DNA of 64,000 nucleotides from NCBI GenBank assembly GCA_041664745.1, contig JBAYKD010000001.1, positions 106,551 to 170,550 on the forward strand, in the 5' to 3' direction. The stretch comes from Minisyncoccota bacterium. Lineage in GTDB: Bacteria; Patescibacteriota; Minisyncoccia; Phycocordibacterales; UBA9973. Every line of letters begins with the position of its first letter. Within the stretch, counting starts at the first letter, position 1. Below are positions 8,055 to 17,663 of the stretch, one piece after another. The notes below the pieces were generated by a model, which had not been told where the DNA came from, did not search any database, and worked only from the letters and a program-made list of their open reading frames with translations. A program made the translations under genes and the position numbers.

Positions 8055-9470
8055 CTATGCTAATAATTCTTTTAATAATTTCTGCACAAGGCTTGGATTT
8101 GCACTACCCTTGCTTTCTTTCATGACTTGTCCAACTAAAGACATTATAGCATTTTCCTTACCACTTTTATATGTAGCGACAACTGTTGGATTGGCGTCGA
8201 TTATTCTTTGAACTATTTCTTTCAAAGTTCCTTCATCGTGATTTTGTATTAAACCTTTTTCTTCTGCTATTTTTAATGGAGATTCATCTTTTAGAACAAT
8301 TATAGCTAAGATGTCTTTTGCCCCACGTGAAGATATTTTACCATCACTCACCATATTGATAAGCTCAGAAAAATTCTCTGCGTTTGGAAGTTTAATCCCC
8401 ACGTTAATTTTCTTGAGTCCTAGATAGTCAGAAGTTGTGTAGTTTGAAGCAGTTTTAACCTTTTCTTTATCAGTTAATATTTTTGCTACATTTTCAAACC
8501 ATGACCCAAGTTCTTGATCAACAATATAACTTTCAATATCTTCATCTTTAATACCGTAATCATTTCTGTATTTATTTCTCTTTGATTCTGGAAGTAGAGG
8601 TAGTTCTCCTCTCATTTTCTCTATATCAAAAATTTTACTTAGATAAAGCTTTGGTAAATCTGGGTCTGGGAAGTAACGGTAATCATTAGCATTCTCTTTT
8701 TTACGTTGAGAGAAAGTAGATTGTTTGTTCTCGTCCCAACCACGAGTCTCCTGAACTATCTCATCACCACGGCCTTCATCTAACAGTGCAGTCATTCTTT
8801 TTACTTCATATTCAGCTGCGCGCTCCATTGCTTTGAAAGAATTTATATTTTTAACTTCTACTTTAGTGCCAAATATTTTTGGATCTTCTGAAATGGAAAT
8901 ATTAAGCTCTACTCGCATCTGGCCTTTCTCCATGTTTGCTTCTGATACTCCTAAATATCTTAAAACTATTTGAAGTTCTCGCCCAAAATCTCCTGCTTGC
9001 TTAGCAGAATGTATTACTGGTTCTGTGACAAGCTCCATAAGAGGAACGCCTGCACGATTGAAATCAACAAGAGAATAATCCCCTCGGTCATGCTTACTTG
9101 TTGCTGTATCTTCTTCTAAGTGCACACGAGTGATATCTACTCCCTTAAGAGAACCACCCGAAACAATTGGGTATTTGTATTGAGATATCTGATATCCTTT
9201 TGGAATATCTGGATAGAAGTAATTCTTTCGATCAAATTCTGTAAAGTTAGCTATATTTGCACCAAGAGCAAGACCCACTTTGATAACACTCTCTACGGCC
9301 TTCTTATTTATTACAGGTAAGGTTCCAGGATGAGCCATACAGACAGGACATATATTTACGTTTGGTGTTATTTCATCAGGATCATTTTTACACCCACAAA
9401 ACATCTTTGAATTAGTGTGTAATTCTGCATGAATCTCAAGTCCTATAGTGGTATAATATTGCTTTGACAT
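8055..9470 (-). CDS. gatB: Asp-tRNA(Asn)/Glu-tRNA(Gln) amidotransferase subunit B
   Basis: 471 aa. N-terminal TTIGLEIHAEL and C-terminal GatB/YqeY domain. Confidence 0.9.
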   Translation of the reverse strand: MSKQYYTTIGLEIHAELHTNSKMFCGCKNDPDEITPNVNICPVCMAHPGTLPVINKKAVESVIKVGLALGANIANFTEFDRKNYFYPDIPKGYQISQYKYPIVSGGSLKGVDITRVHLEEDTATSKHDRGDYSLVDFNRAGVPLMELVTEPVIHSAKQAGDFGRELQIVLRYLGVSEANMEKGQMRVELNISISEDPKIFGTKVEVKNINSFKAMERAAEYEVKRMTALLDEGRGDEIVQETRGWDENKQSTFSQRKKENANDYRYFPDPDLPKLYLSKIFDIEKMRGELPLLPESKRNKYRNDYGIKDEDIESYIVDQELGSWFENVAKILTDKEKVKTASNYTTSDYLGLKKINVGIKLPNAENFSELINMVSDGKISSRGAKDILAIIVLKDESPLKIAEEKGLIQNHDEGTLKEIVQRIIDANPTVVATYKSGKENAIMSLVGQVMKESKGSANPSLVQKLLKELLA

Positions 9471-9536
9471 AATAGGAGTATAGCAAAATTTGTAAAAATT
9501 TGAAAATTATGTAAGAATATTAGCTGTAAGTCACTT

Positions 9537-9621
9537 GCCCGAGTGGCGGAACTGGTATACGCGCACGACTTAAAATCGTGTCTCGTAAGGGATGTGGGTT
9601 CGACCCCCACCTCGGGCACCA
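9537..9621 (+). tRNA. tRNA-Leu (anticodon TAA), long variable arm, encoded CCA
   Basis: GCCCGAG acceptor stem pairing with CTCGGGC before ACCA, anticodon loop cgacTTAAaatcg, long extra arm, and GGTTCGACCCC T-arm. Confidence 0.85.
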
Positions 9622-9629
9622 AATGAAAA
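9606..9629 (+). repeat. 24-bp direct repeat, copy 1 (cccacctcgggcaccaaatgaaaa), overlapping the last 16 nt of tRNA-Leu
   Basis: An exact 24/24 copy is repeated at 9766-9789. Confidence 0.8.
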
Positions 9630-9765
9630 GCTGGCTTTTGCCAGTCTTTTTATTTGTGCCCGAAGCAAACAAACTGCTTTGTTTGCGAGGTGGAAATCGA
9701 AAAGCTTTTCGTTTTTCAGTATTAACTGAAACGAAAAGGTATACTGTTCCTGTAAGGAAAGATAT

Positions 9766-9789
9766 CCCACCTCGGGCACCAAATGAAAA
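9766..9789 (+). repeat. 24-bp direct repeat, copy 2 (a duplicate of the tRNA-Leu 3' end); att-site-like
   Basis: Identical to 9606-9629. The roughly 136-bp intervening segment contains three short hairpins. Confidence 0.8.
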
Positions 9790-9793
9790 AGTT

Positions 9794-9820
9794 AGGAAGT
9801 AGAACTTCCTTAATTTTTTT
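9794..9820 (+). terminator. Hairpin (AGGAAGT aga ACTTCCT) followed by T8; bidirectional terminator between the tRNA region and the Nudix gene
   Basis: Inverted repeat plus a T-run, seen in the sequence. Confidence 0.5.
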
Positions 9821-10277
9821 GTATGTCTAGTATAGAAATAATTTCTAAATGCAGATTATTCATATTTTCTTTGTTTAAATCATAAATAGGTAAATATTTT
9901 ATATCAATAATTTCATCTTTATGTATAAGGGTATCATTCTGTTCTCCTATTTCTAGTATTTTAAAGAAAGACATACTGGAATCAAAGAAAATATCTAGAT
10001 CATCTGCATAGAATTTTGTCTGTATCTGGTATATTGGATTTTCTTCTAATTTAAGAACTTCACTGCCTGTCTCTTCTAAAAATTCTCTCTTTAAAGTATC
10101 TATTAAATTTTCATTTAATTCTTTCCCTCCACCAGGAAATTCCCAAATATCAACCCAGCTTGGTTTAACAAGTAAAACTTCTCCATTTTTTATATAGATT
10201 CCATTAGCTGATTCTCTTTTTTGAGATTCAATATTATCTGGTTTTTCGTGATGATTCCCTTTTCTGTCTTTATACAT
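9810..10277 (-). CDS. NUDIX hydrolase
   Basis: Nudix box GGGKELNENLIDTLKREFLEETG. Start set at the internal Met (MYKDRKG) to avoid overlapping the upstream gene. Confidence 0.7.
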   Translation of the reverse strand: MYKDRKGNHHEKPDNIESQKRESANGIYIKNGEVLLVKPSWVDIWEFPGGGKELNENLIDTLKREFLEETGSEVLKLEENPIYQIQTKFYADDLDIFFDSSMSFFKILEIGEQNDTLIHKDEIIDIKYLPIYDLNKENMNNLHLEIISILDIQKN

Positions 10278-10281
10278 AAAA

Positions 10282-11538
10282 TTACAACTTTGGTAAATAG
10301 AGTGATGGATTAAGATAAGCACTTAAGGCTGCAATAGGCTGAGTGAATATTTTGCCGTTACAAGCTTTACTTGGAACTGTATCAACCTTTACTCCAGTAG
10401 AGGCATAGACTGCTACGTGTAAATGAGGACCAGTTGATGATCCTGTATTTCCAGAGAGGGCTACTATATCTCCTTTCTTAACTGTGTCGCCAACTGATGC
10501 TTTTATCTCTGATAAATGTCCATAAGTACTTGAAAGTCCATTATTATATTTTATAAAAACCCATTTACCAAAAGAAGCTCCCTTACAAGCAATATCTGTA
10601 TCTCCTGTACCTTCCACTGTTCCAGATGCCATAGAAAATACATTACTTCCAACCTTCGCTCTAAAATCTAGTCCATAGTGGAATTTACCCCATCTAGAAC
10701 CATACGGAGAAGTTATTGTTATGGCACTAAGCGGCCAAGATAATACTCCAGATCCTGCTTTCGGTAAAAGTTTTGGATTTAAAATGAATTTTATTTGAGC
10801 CTCATAATCCTCTATAGATTTTTCAAAAGTTTCTTTTCTTTTTAATTGTTCCGCTAACATTTTTTGATATTCTGATTCTTTATTTTTTGTTGCAACCAAA
10901 AGACTGTCCTTCTCTTTTTTGTTTGCTGTTATTTCTAATTCTTTAGCGGTTAAGGTTTTTTTAAGAGTATTGAGGACTTGTTGTTCGTCTTCTTTTTTAA
11001 CCTTAGATACAACTAGGGTATTTTTCTGAATAGATACATTTTCAATATTGTCTTTTATTTCCCTATTTAAACTTATAACATTATTGTATTCACGACTTAA
11101 ATCACTTAAACTATTTTGTGATAAAAAGTTTTGCAAAAAACCAGTATTATCTTGCTGATACAAATCTCTCAATAAAACAGCTAGTGAATCTCTCGATTTA
11201 TTTAAAATACTGTTTTTTGTGATAATTTCATTATCTAAACTTTTTATCACAAGACCCGTAGCTTTAATTTTCTTTTCTGTTTGTTGTCTTTCTTTGACCA
11301 GCTTATCTTTTTTAAGGGTTAAGTCTTTTATTGCACTCGCTAATGTTTTTTTCTGTTCGGCAGTTATTGCTATCTGGCCAGAGAGAGCAGCTATTTCTTT
11401 ATTTATCTTTTCAATTTCACTATTAGCAGTATCTATTTGGTTTCTTAATTGACTCTCCGTTTCCGCATATGAAAAAGTCGAAAAAGCGAATAGGGCTAAT
11501 ACGGTAAAGATTGTACTCCATATGTATTTCTTCATCAC
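10282..11538 (-). CDS. M23/LytM-family peptidoglycan endopeptidase with N-terminal signal peptide and long coiled-coil (EnvC-like)
   Basis: C-terminal M23 motifs (GLDF, HLHVAVY) and an N-terminal signal sequence. Confidence 0.8.
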   Translation of the reverse strand: MMKKYIWSTIFTVLALFAFSTFSYAETESQLRNQIDTANSEIEKINKEIAALSGQIAITAEQKKTLASAIKDLTLKKDKLVKERQQTEKKIKATGLVIKSLDNEIITKNSILNKSRDSLAVLLRDLYQQDNTGFLQNFLSQNSLSDLSREYNNVISLNREIKDNIENVSIQKNTLVVSKVKKEDEQQVLNTLKKTLTAKELEITANKKEKDSLLVATKNKESEYQKMLAEQLKRKETFEKSIEDYEAQIKFILNPKLLPKAGSGVLSWPLSAITITSPYGSRWGKFHYGLDFRAKVGSNVFSMASGTVEGTGDTDIACKGASFGKWVFIKYNNGLSSTYGHLSEIKASVGDTVKKGDIVALSGNTGSSTGPHLHVAVYASTGVKVDTVPSKACNGKIFTQPIAALSAYLNPSLYLPKL

Positions 11539-11551
11539 AATTCTTATTATA

Positions 11552-12997
11552 CTACATTTCTTGACTTAACACTGAAATTGCTTTGTTTATACGGCTTATA
11601 GTCTCTTTTTTACCCAAAATATCAGTTAAAATGAAAGGATCTGGTGACTTATCGAGCCCTGATAGAGCAAAACGTATAGGATGAAGAATTTGTCCTCTAT
11701 TTTCCTTACTGTCTGCAAGCTCCATTAGGAATATTTTGATATTATCTTTATTAAATTGAAACTCTTCGGTCTTTTCTATTATTTCTAATACTTCTTTTAA
11801 ATTTGATATTGTTTTGTCCTTGTCCGTATCTTTATAAATTAATTTACTAGCTTCATAAACAGGCTCTTTATAAAAGAAATCAAGTTCCCCGTTCTCTACC
11901 ATCGTTTTAATGTCTCCAAACTTAGAGATTCTTTCTGTGATGACAGGAATAATCTTTTTAATTTGGAGCTCTATGGGAAGCCAAGCAAATACATATTTTT
12001 CTAATTCATTTTCTCCCAATAATTTTATATGTTCCTTATTTATCCAATCAAGTTTCTCTTCGTTGTATTTACCTCCACTTATATGAATTTGCTCAATTTC
12101 AAAAAGATCAATAAATTCATCAGAAGTTAAAATTTCTTTTTCTCCCTTAGGACTCCATCCAATAAATGCCAAGAAGTTTAACATCGCACTCGGTAAATAC
12201 CCTTCCTTTTCATATTCTAAAAAGTCTTTTGCTCCATCTCTTTTACCAAGCTTCTTTTTTCCATCAGGTCCCATTATTGGAGGTAAGGTTGCGTATTCTG
12301 GTCTTTTTATATCAAGTGCTTCGTATATTGATAGAAACTTAGGAGTAGAAGATATAAATTCGTCTCCACGCATGACGTGCGTGACATCCATTTCTAAATC
12401 ATCAATAATGTGTGCGAAGTTGTAAGTTGGATACCCATCGCTTTTAATCAATATAAAATCATCAAGTGCTTCAGGGCCCGCGGATAATTTGCCACGAACA
12501 AGATCATTCCATTCATAACTTTTAATATCTTTAACTTTGAAACGAAGTGGTTTAGTTCCATCCCAAACTGGAGGATTTTCTGGTCTATGATCTCTATATA
12601 AGAATGGTCTTTTTTCTTCATCAGCTTTTTTTCTAAAAGCCTCGACTTCTTCTTCTGTATAAGGATCAGCATATGCATAGCCCTTTTCGATTAAAATCTG
12701 TGCATATTTTTTGTATGATTCTAATCTTTCTGATTGTTTATATGGAGCATGTGGGCCACCAATATCAGGACCTTCATTCCAATTAATATTAAGCCACTTA
12801 AGAGATTTTATTATATGATCTATTGATCCATCTACTTCACGAGCTTTATCTGTATCTTCTATTCTTAAAATAAAAGTGCCATTATTCTTCTTAGCATAAG
12901 CCCAAGCATACAAAGCGGTACGAATACCACCAATGTGTAGATATCCAGTCGGGGACGGAGCAAAACGCGTAACTACTTTTTGTTTTTGATTTTCCAT
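11552..12997 (-). CDS. gltX: Glutamyl-tRNA synthetase
   Basis: 481 aa with RFAPSPTGYLHIGG (HIGH) and KLSKR-like KMSKS region. Confidence 0.9.
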   Translation of the reverse strand: MENQKQKVVTRFAPSPTGYLHIGGIRTALYAWAYAKKNNGTFILRIEDTDKAREVDGSIDHIIKSLKWLNINWNEGPDIGGPHAPYKQSERLESYKKYAQILIEKGYAYADPYTEEEVEAFRKKADEEKRPFLYRDHRPENPPVWDGTKPLRFKVKDIKSYEWNDLVRGKLSAGPEALDDFILIKSDGYPTYNFAHIIDDLEMDVTHVMRGDEFISSTPKFLSIYEALDIKRPEYATLPPIMGPDGKKKLGKRDGAKDFLEYEKEGYLPSAMLNFLAFIGWSPKGEKEILTSDEFIDLFEIEQIHISGGKYNEEKLDWINKEHIKLLGENELEKYVFAWLPIELQIKKIIPVITERISKFGDIKTMVENGELDFFYKEPVYEASKLIYKDTDKDKTISNLKEVLEIIEKTEEFQFNKDNIKIFLMELADSKENRGQILHPIRFALSGLDKSPDPFILTDILGKKETISRINKAISVLSQEM

Positions 12998-12998
12998 A

Positions 12999-14129
12999 TT
13001 ATATTTCTTCGTGAGATTGTGCTATTTTAATCGCTTCATCTGCTATTTTAAACGCTGCGTCTTTATTAGCGAAACTTAAAGCTGCTTCTTTCATCTTTTC
13101 TCTCTTTTCTTTGTTGCTCATTATCTTATCGATTTCGGATATAAGAACATGAGGAGTTAAGTTGGTCTCATCAATGACTTCACAAGCCCCAGTTCTGGCA
13201 TAATTATAAGCATTCTTGCGTTGATGATCACCATTTGAATTTGTAATTGGTATTATTATAGATGGAATTCCCCATGAAGCTATTTCAAATATTGCAGAAC
13301 CAGCCCTTGAGATAATTATGTCAGCTATTCCGGCAGCCATTCGAGTTGCTAAATTGTTCAAATATGGAACTGCTACATAACGAGTCACGTTATCATTTTT
13401 TTCCATGACTAGTTTAGACCGAGATGATACATCGTCTATGTTATCTATTCCTGTTTGGTGGATTATTTGATATTTAGAAAGTAAATCAGGTAATACTTCT
13501 AATAAAATATTATTTATTGTTTCTGCACCTTGTGATCCTCCTATAACTAAAATAATTGGTAAGTTAGAATTTAATTTAAAAAATTCATGAGCACCCTCCT
13601 TACTTCCATTCAGAATATTTTTTCTTATTGGCTGACCAGTAAGAGCTGTTTTTTCTTTAGGTAAAAATTCTATTGCTTCAGGCCAAGAAATAGCTACTTT
13701 TTGTGCGAATTTAGCTGTCCAAATGTTTAATCTACCAGGATATGAATCTGATTCATGGACAATGACAGGAATTCGAAGTAATTTAGCAGCAAACACTGCT
13801 GGAAATGCAGCATAGCCACCTTTTGAAATAACTACATCAGGATAGATGAAGAACATAGAAATGAGACCAAAGAACATACCTGTTGCCGTCGAGAACATAT
13901 CAAAAAAGTTTTTAATAGAAAAGTATGTGCGCATTTTACCAGCAGGAATCTGAACATAAGTAATATTATTTTCAAAGAGCATACGCTTGTCGTATGGTTT
14001 ATCTGACATGTAGTAAAGCTTCAAGTCTATTATTTTTTCTTTATCTGCTACCTCTGTTAACTTCTCAGCGATAGCTATTAATGGATAGAAATGTCCACCA
14101 GTCCCCCCTCCTGTAAGTAATATTTTCAT
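12999..14129 (-). CDS. murG: UDP-N-acetylglucosamine--N-acetylmuramyl-(pentapeptide)-PP-undecaprenol GlcNAc transferase
   Basis: 376 aa with N-terminal GGGTGGHFYP motif; GT28 family. Confidence 0.85.
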   Translation of the reverse strand: MKILLTGGGTGGHFYPLIAIAEKLTEVADKEKIIDLKLYYMSDKPYDKRMLFENNITYVQIPAGKMRTYFSIKNFFDMFSTATGMFFGLISMFFIYPDVVISKGGYAAFPAVFAAKLLRIPVIVHESDSYPGRLNIWTAKFAQKVAISWPEAIEFLPKEKTALTGQPIRKNILNGSKEGAHEFFKLNSNLPIILVIGGSQGAETINNILLEVLPDLLSKYQIIHQTGIDNIDDVSSRSKLVMEKNDNVTRYVAVPYLNNLATRMAAGIADIIISRAGSAIFEIASWGIPSIIIPITNSNGDHQRKNAYNYARTGACEVIDETNLTPHVLISEIDKIMSNKEKREKMKEAALSFANKDAAFKIADEAIKIAQSHEEI

Positions 14130-14184
14130 ATAGGCTTAATTATAGCGTATTTGTATATTTTTTTCTAGTGAAGAATACAAGGTC

Positions 14185-15288
14185 TTATACTTGTTTCTTT
14201 TGAAATTTTGAGATATTTAGAATTATACCCATGAGACCGATATCTATAAGAAGCGCAGTCCCCCCTTGAGACATAAAAACGAGAGGGACGCCGGTTAATG
14301 GAAAAACACCTATTATAGAAGCAATATTCATAAAAGATTGGGCTGTAATCATTGTTATGATACCTATAACAAAAAGTTTACTAAAAGAGTCTGGTGCATA
14401 GTGGGCTATACGATAACCTCTTAATGAGAATGCCACATAAAGACAGATGATCAAAACTGAACCGATAAAACCAAGTTCTTCACCTACAACAGCAAAGATT
14501 GAATCCCCTTGTGGTTCGGGTAAATAATTAAACTTTTGAATACTTTGACCCAAACCTCTACCCATAACTCCACCTGAACCGACAGCAATGAGAGATTGTT
14601 GAATCTGGTAAGAAGAAGTACTACCATTTTCGTTGGGATTCAAAAACGTAGTTATTCTACTTTTCAAATATGGAGTCGTAAAAGCAAGAATTACAAAAGC
14701 AATAACAGAAACCAAAAATAAACCAAGAATATATTTCCATGGAGTACCGGAAACAAAAAGCATTACAAGTCCAGTTGCAGTAATTAGAATTAGACTTTTT
14801 GTATCAGGTTGTTTAATTAGCAAAGCGGCAATAATTCCAATTAGAACAATAAGAGGTAAAAGACTGAAACGAATATCTTTTACCTTTCCTTTCATGGAAG
14901 AAAGCCATGCAGCAAAATATATAATGAATCCGATTTTAAGAAATTCTACAGGTTGTAAAGAAATACCAAAAACATTTATCCATCGGCGTGATCCTCCATG
15001 TTCAAATCCTAGTCCAGGCACAAAAACAAGTGCAGTTACTATTATAGAAGCTATAAATATAGGTAGTGAATATGCTCGCCAAAATTTATAAGGTATACGT
15101 AATCCAAAATAAAGAGTTACGAGTCCACCGACAAGTCCATAAACTAACTGACTAAAGATAACACTATTAAATTTAGGTACATTCTTATTTAAAATACCAA
15201 GTGAAGCCGAAACAAACATGATCACTCCTATGATTAAAAGAGAGAGAACTATACTAAAAAATATTTTGTCGATTTTATTATTATTCAT
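14185..15288 (-). CDS. ftsW: SEDS-family peptidoglycan glycosyltransferase (FtsW/RodA)
   Basis: 367 aa polytopic membrane protein with a SEDS signature. Sits in the murG-mraY context. Confidence 0.8.
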   Translation of the reverse strand: MNNNKIDKIFFSIVLSLLIIGVIMFVSASLGILNKNVPKFNSVIFSQLVYGLVGGLVTLYFGLRIPYKFWRAYSLPIFIASIIVTALVFVPGLGFEHGGSRRWINVFGISLQPVEFLKIGFIIYFAAWLSSMKGKVKDIRFSLLPLIVLIGIIAALLIKQPDTKSLILITATGLVMLFVSGTPWKYILGLFLVSVIAFVILAFTTPYLKSRITTFLNPNENGSTSSYQIQQSLIAVGSGGVMGRGLGQSIQKFNYLPEPQGDSIFAVVGEELGFIGSVLIICLYVAFSLRGYRIAHYAPDSFSKLFVIGIITMITAQSFMNIASIIGVFPLTGVPLVFMSQGGTALLIDIGLMGIILNISKFQKKQV

Positions 15289-15297
15289 TTATAAACT

Positions 15298-16356
15298 TTA
15301 ACTTATAAGAGCAAGCACAACACCCATGATCGCTGTCATAATACCTACTATCCAATAACGCATTGTTACTTTATATTTAGGCCAACCAAGTGCTTCAAAG
15401 TGATGATGCAGTGGTGCAAAAAGAAAAACCTTTTTACCATTTCTTAATTTTCGTGAAGCTATTTGTATTATATTCGATAAGGAAGTTATAAATAAAGGAA
15501 AAGCAATTATTGGTAAAAGCAATACAGTGTTTGTCATAAATGCTATAACTGACAGGGTCACAGTGAGCCCTATCATGCCCGTTTCCCCCATGTAAAAGCG
15601 CGCTGGAGGTATGTTAAACCATAGGAATGCTAGTATAGCACCCGTTATAACAGCACAAAACGTTGCAATATCAAACTGATTATTAAAGAATGCTATAAGT
15701 GTATATGCAGCAAAAATAGAAGATAAAACTCCACCTGAGAGACCATCTACTCCATCTATAACACTAGTTGACCACAAAGAAATCATTACCAACATAAAAA
15801 ATGGAATAAAAAGATAGCTCAGATTTACTAAACCATACCAAGGGATGTATAAATCTGTAACACCAAGTTTTATATAAAACCAAAGTCCAATAATTAATCC
15901 TAACGTTAGAATGATTCCTATTTTGATATATCTTAACACTATTGGATCTGTGGTCCATTTACCCTTCCCAAAAATTTGAAGAAAGTCATCACCAAGGCCA
16001 ATAATAGAAGCGACAATCAAAGTAAAGAATGGGAGTAGTGTCTGGCTACGACTTATAAAATACATTTTCATTGATGCATCATTTATAAATAAGAAATCAA
16101 TCATTGCGATAATAGCGACAGTAAGAATTACAGATATCCATATTATCATTCCTCCTGTACGTGGAGTGGAAACTTCAGCTGCTGTATCGTGAATTTTAGA
16201 AAAAATGCTTCCCTCTTTTTCTGGAATATTATTATCTCTAGAGACTCTGCGCCACATTTTGTATTTATAAAAATAATGTGTCGCCAAAGGTGTTAAAGAA
16301 ATACCAACGATGAAGCTTATGATTGCTGGTAAAAAAATTTTAATAGCATTAGTCAT
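15298..16356 (-). CDS. mraY: Phospho-N-acetylmuramoyl-pentapeptide transferase
   Basis: 352 aa polytopic GT4-family membrane protein. Adjacent to ftsW and murG. Confidence 0.8.
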   Translation of the reverse strand: MTNAIKIFLPAIISFIVGISLTPLATHYFYKYKMWRRVSRDNNIPEKEGSIFSKIHDTAAEVSTPRTGGMIIWISVILTVAIIAMIDFLFINDASMKMYFISRSQTLLPFFTLIVASIIGLGDDFLQIFGKGKWTTDPIVLRYIKIGIILTLGLIIGLWFYIKLGVTDLYIPWYGLVNLSYLFIPFFMLVMISLWSTSVIDGVDGLSGGVLSSIFAAYTLIAFFNNQFDIATFCAVITGAILAFLWFNIPPARFYMGETGMIGLTVTLSVIAFMTNTVLLLPIIAFPLFITSLSNIIQIASRKLRNGKKVFLFAPLHHHFEALGWPKYKVTMRYWIVGIMTAIMGVVLALIS

Positions 16357-16894
16357 TATTTTCGTTTTGATTAATTACATCTGTTAAAGAAAGAGATACT
16401 TGTTCATAATTGGGTAATTCTTTTATGGAAGTTATACCCATATACGAAAGTGCTCCAAAAGTTGGCCGGTAAAGAATTTTTCTACTATCTTTACTGTCTA
16501 CTATTTTTTCAATAAGTCCACGAACCAATAAATTACGTAATATAAAACTCGAATTAACTCCACGTATATAGTCTATCTCACTTCTTCCAATTCCATTTTT
16601 ATATAAAACAATAGATAAAGTTTCTAGTGATGCTTTTGAAAGTTCTTTATTAATCTCCTCTTTACGTATTTTTTCTATAAGAGGTGATAATTCTCCTGTA
16701 ATACCTAGCACAACCTTGTCATCCTTCCTTACTAATACAAGTCCTCGTGCTAAAAGTGAATGGTCAAGCTTGTTTAATGCATCTTCTATACTTGCTTCAC
16801 TCACTGCTAAAAATTCAGCTAATTTTTTAATAGTTACATCTTCTCCTTTATAAAAAAGTAAACCTTCAATTTTTGATTCTAGTTCTATGGCCAT
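16349..16894 (-). CDS. scpB: Segregation and condensation protein B
   Basis: 181 aa with tandem winged-helix ScpB signature. Follows scpA. Confidence 0.8.
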   Translation of the reverse strand: MAIELESKIEGLLFYKGEDVTIKKLAEFLAVSEASIEDALNKLDHSLLARGLVLVRKDDKVVLGITGELSPLIEKIRKEEINKELSKASLETLSIVLYKNGIGRSEIDYIRGVNSSFILRNLLVRGLIEKIVDSKDSRKILYRPTFGALSYMGITSIKELPNYEQVSLSLTDVINQNENND

Positions 16895-16895
16895 A

Positions 16896-17657
16896 CTATT
16901 CTTCGTTATTTATTAATACTTGTTTATTCATTTCAATGTCTCCAAACGATGCCGTTTGTATCACATCTATCAATCCTTCTCTAACCAATTCTAACATAGC
17001 TAGGAATGAAACGATAATATGGACTTTCATTTCATCTCCATCTCCTGCTCCATGGCTCTGAGAGAACTCCCTGAAAGAAATGTTCATGGCGTTCTGTATT
17101 CGATCTGTGAGGCTGTTTATGATTTGATCTATGTTTATAATTTTCTTTATTTGTATTTCTGGTAACTTAGCTTCTTTTTTAGGAACTTGTTTAAGGATGT
17201 CATTAATACAATTAGTAACATTTACTATAGTTATCGATGGGTCTGGTAAAAACATTGGTTCACTCCAAATACGATCAACTGGTGTAAATATTATATTAAC
17301 TCCAAAATTATTCTTTATATCAATACTGGCATTTTTAATAATTTGATAAATTTTTAGTCTCTTCTCTAGGTCCACAATTTTCTCTGTCTCGTCAATAGTA
17401 AGATCTAAATTGGGTAATAAAGACTTAGACTTAATCAGTATAAGAGTTGCAGCGACAAGAATAAAATAAGATACATCATTTATACTTCTGTTCTCTTCAC
17501 TCAAAGATTTCACATAAGCTATATAATCATTGGTAACTTCTGCCAGTGAAATCTCATTCACAAAAAGCTTTCTTTGTTCTATTAGAGAAAGAAGTATATC
17601 AAGTGGTCCCTCAAAAGTACCTTGTTTTACTTTATATTGTGAAATAATTTCTGGCAT
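16896..17657 (-). CDS. scpA: Segregation and condensation protein A (kleisin)
   Basis: 253 aa with N-terminal FEGPLDILLSLI motif. Confidence 0.8.
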   Translation of the reverse strand: MPEIISQYKVKQGTFEGPLDILLSLIEQRKLFVNEISLAEVTNDYIAYVKSLSEENRSINDVSYFILVAATLILIKSKSLLPNLDLTIDETEKIVDLEKRLKIYQIIKNASIDIKNNFGVNIIFTPVDRIWSEPMFLPDPSITIVNVTNCINDILKQVPKKEAKLPEIQIKKIINIDQIINSLTDRIQNAMNISFREFSQSHGAGDGDEMKVHIIVSFLAMLELVREGLIDVIQTASFGDIEMNKQVLINNEE

Positions 17658-17663
17658 ATTAAA

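Noticed and set aside
9570-9802. Two overlapping 70-74 aa ORFs (9570-9782 minus, 9578-9802 plus)
   Set aside because: They overlap the tRNA-Leu 3' end and the hairpin-rich repeat region. Sequence is better explained as tRNA plus direct repeats and terminators.
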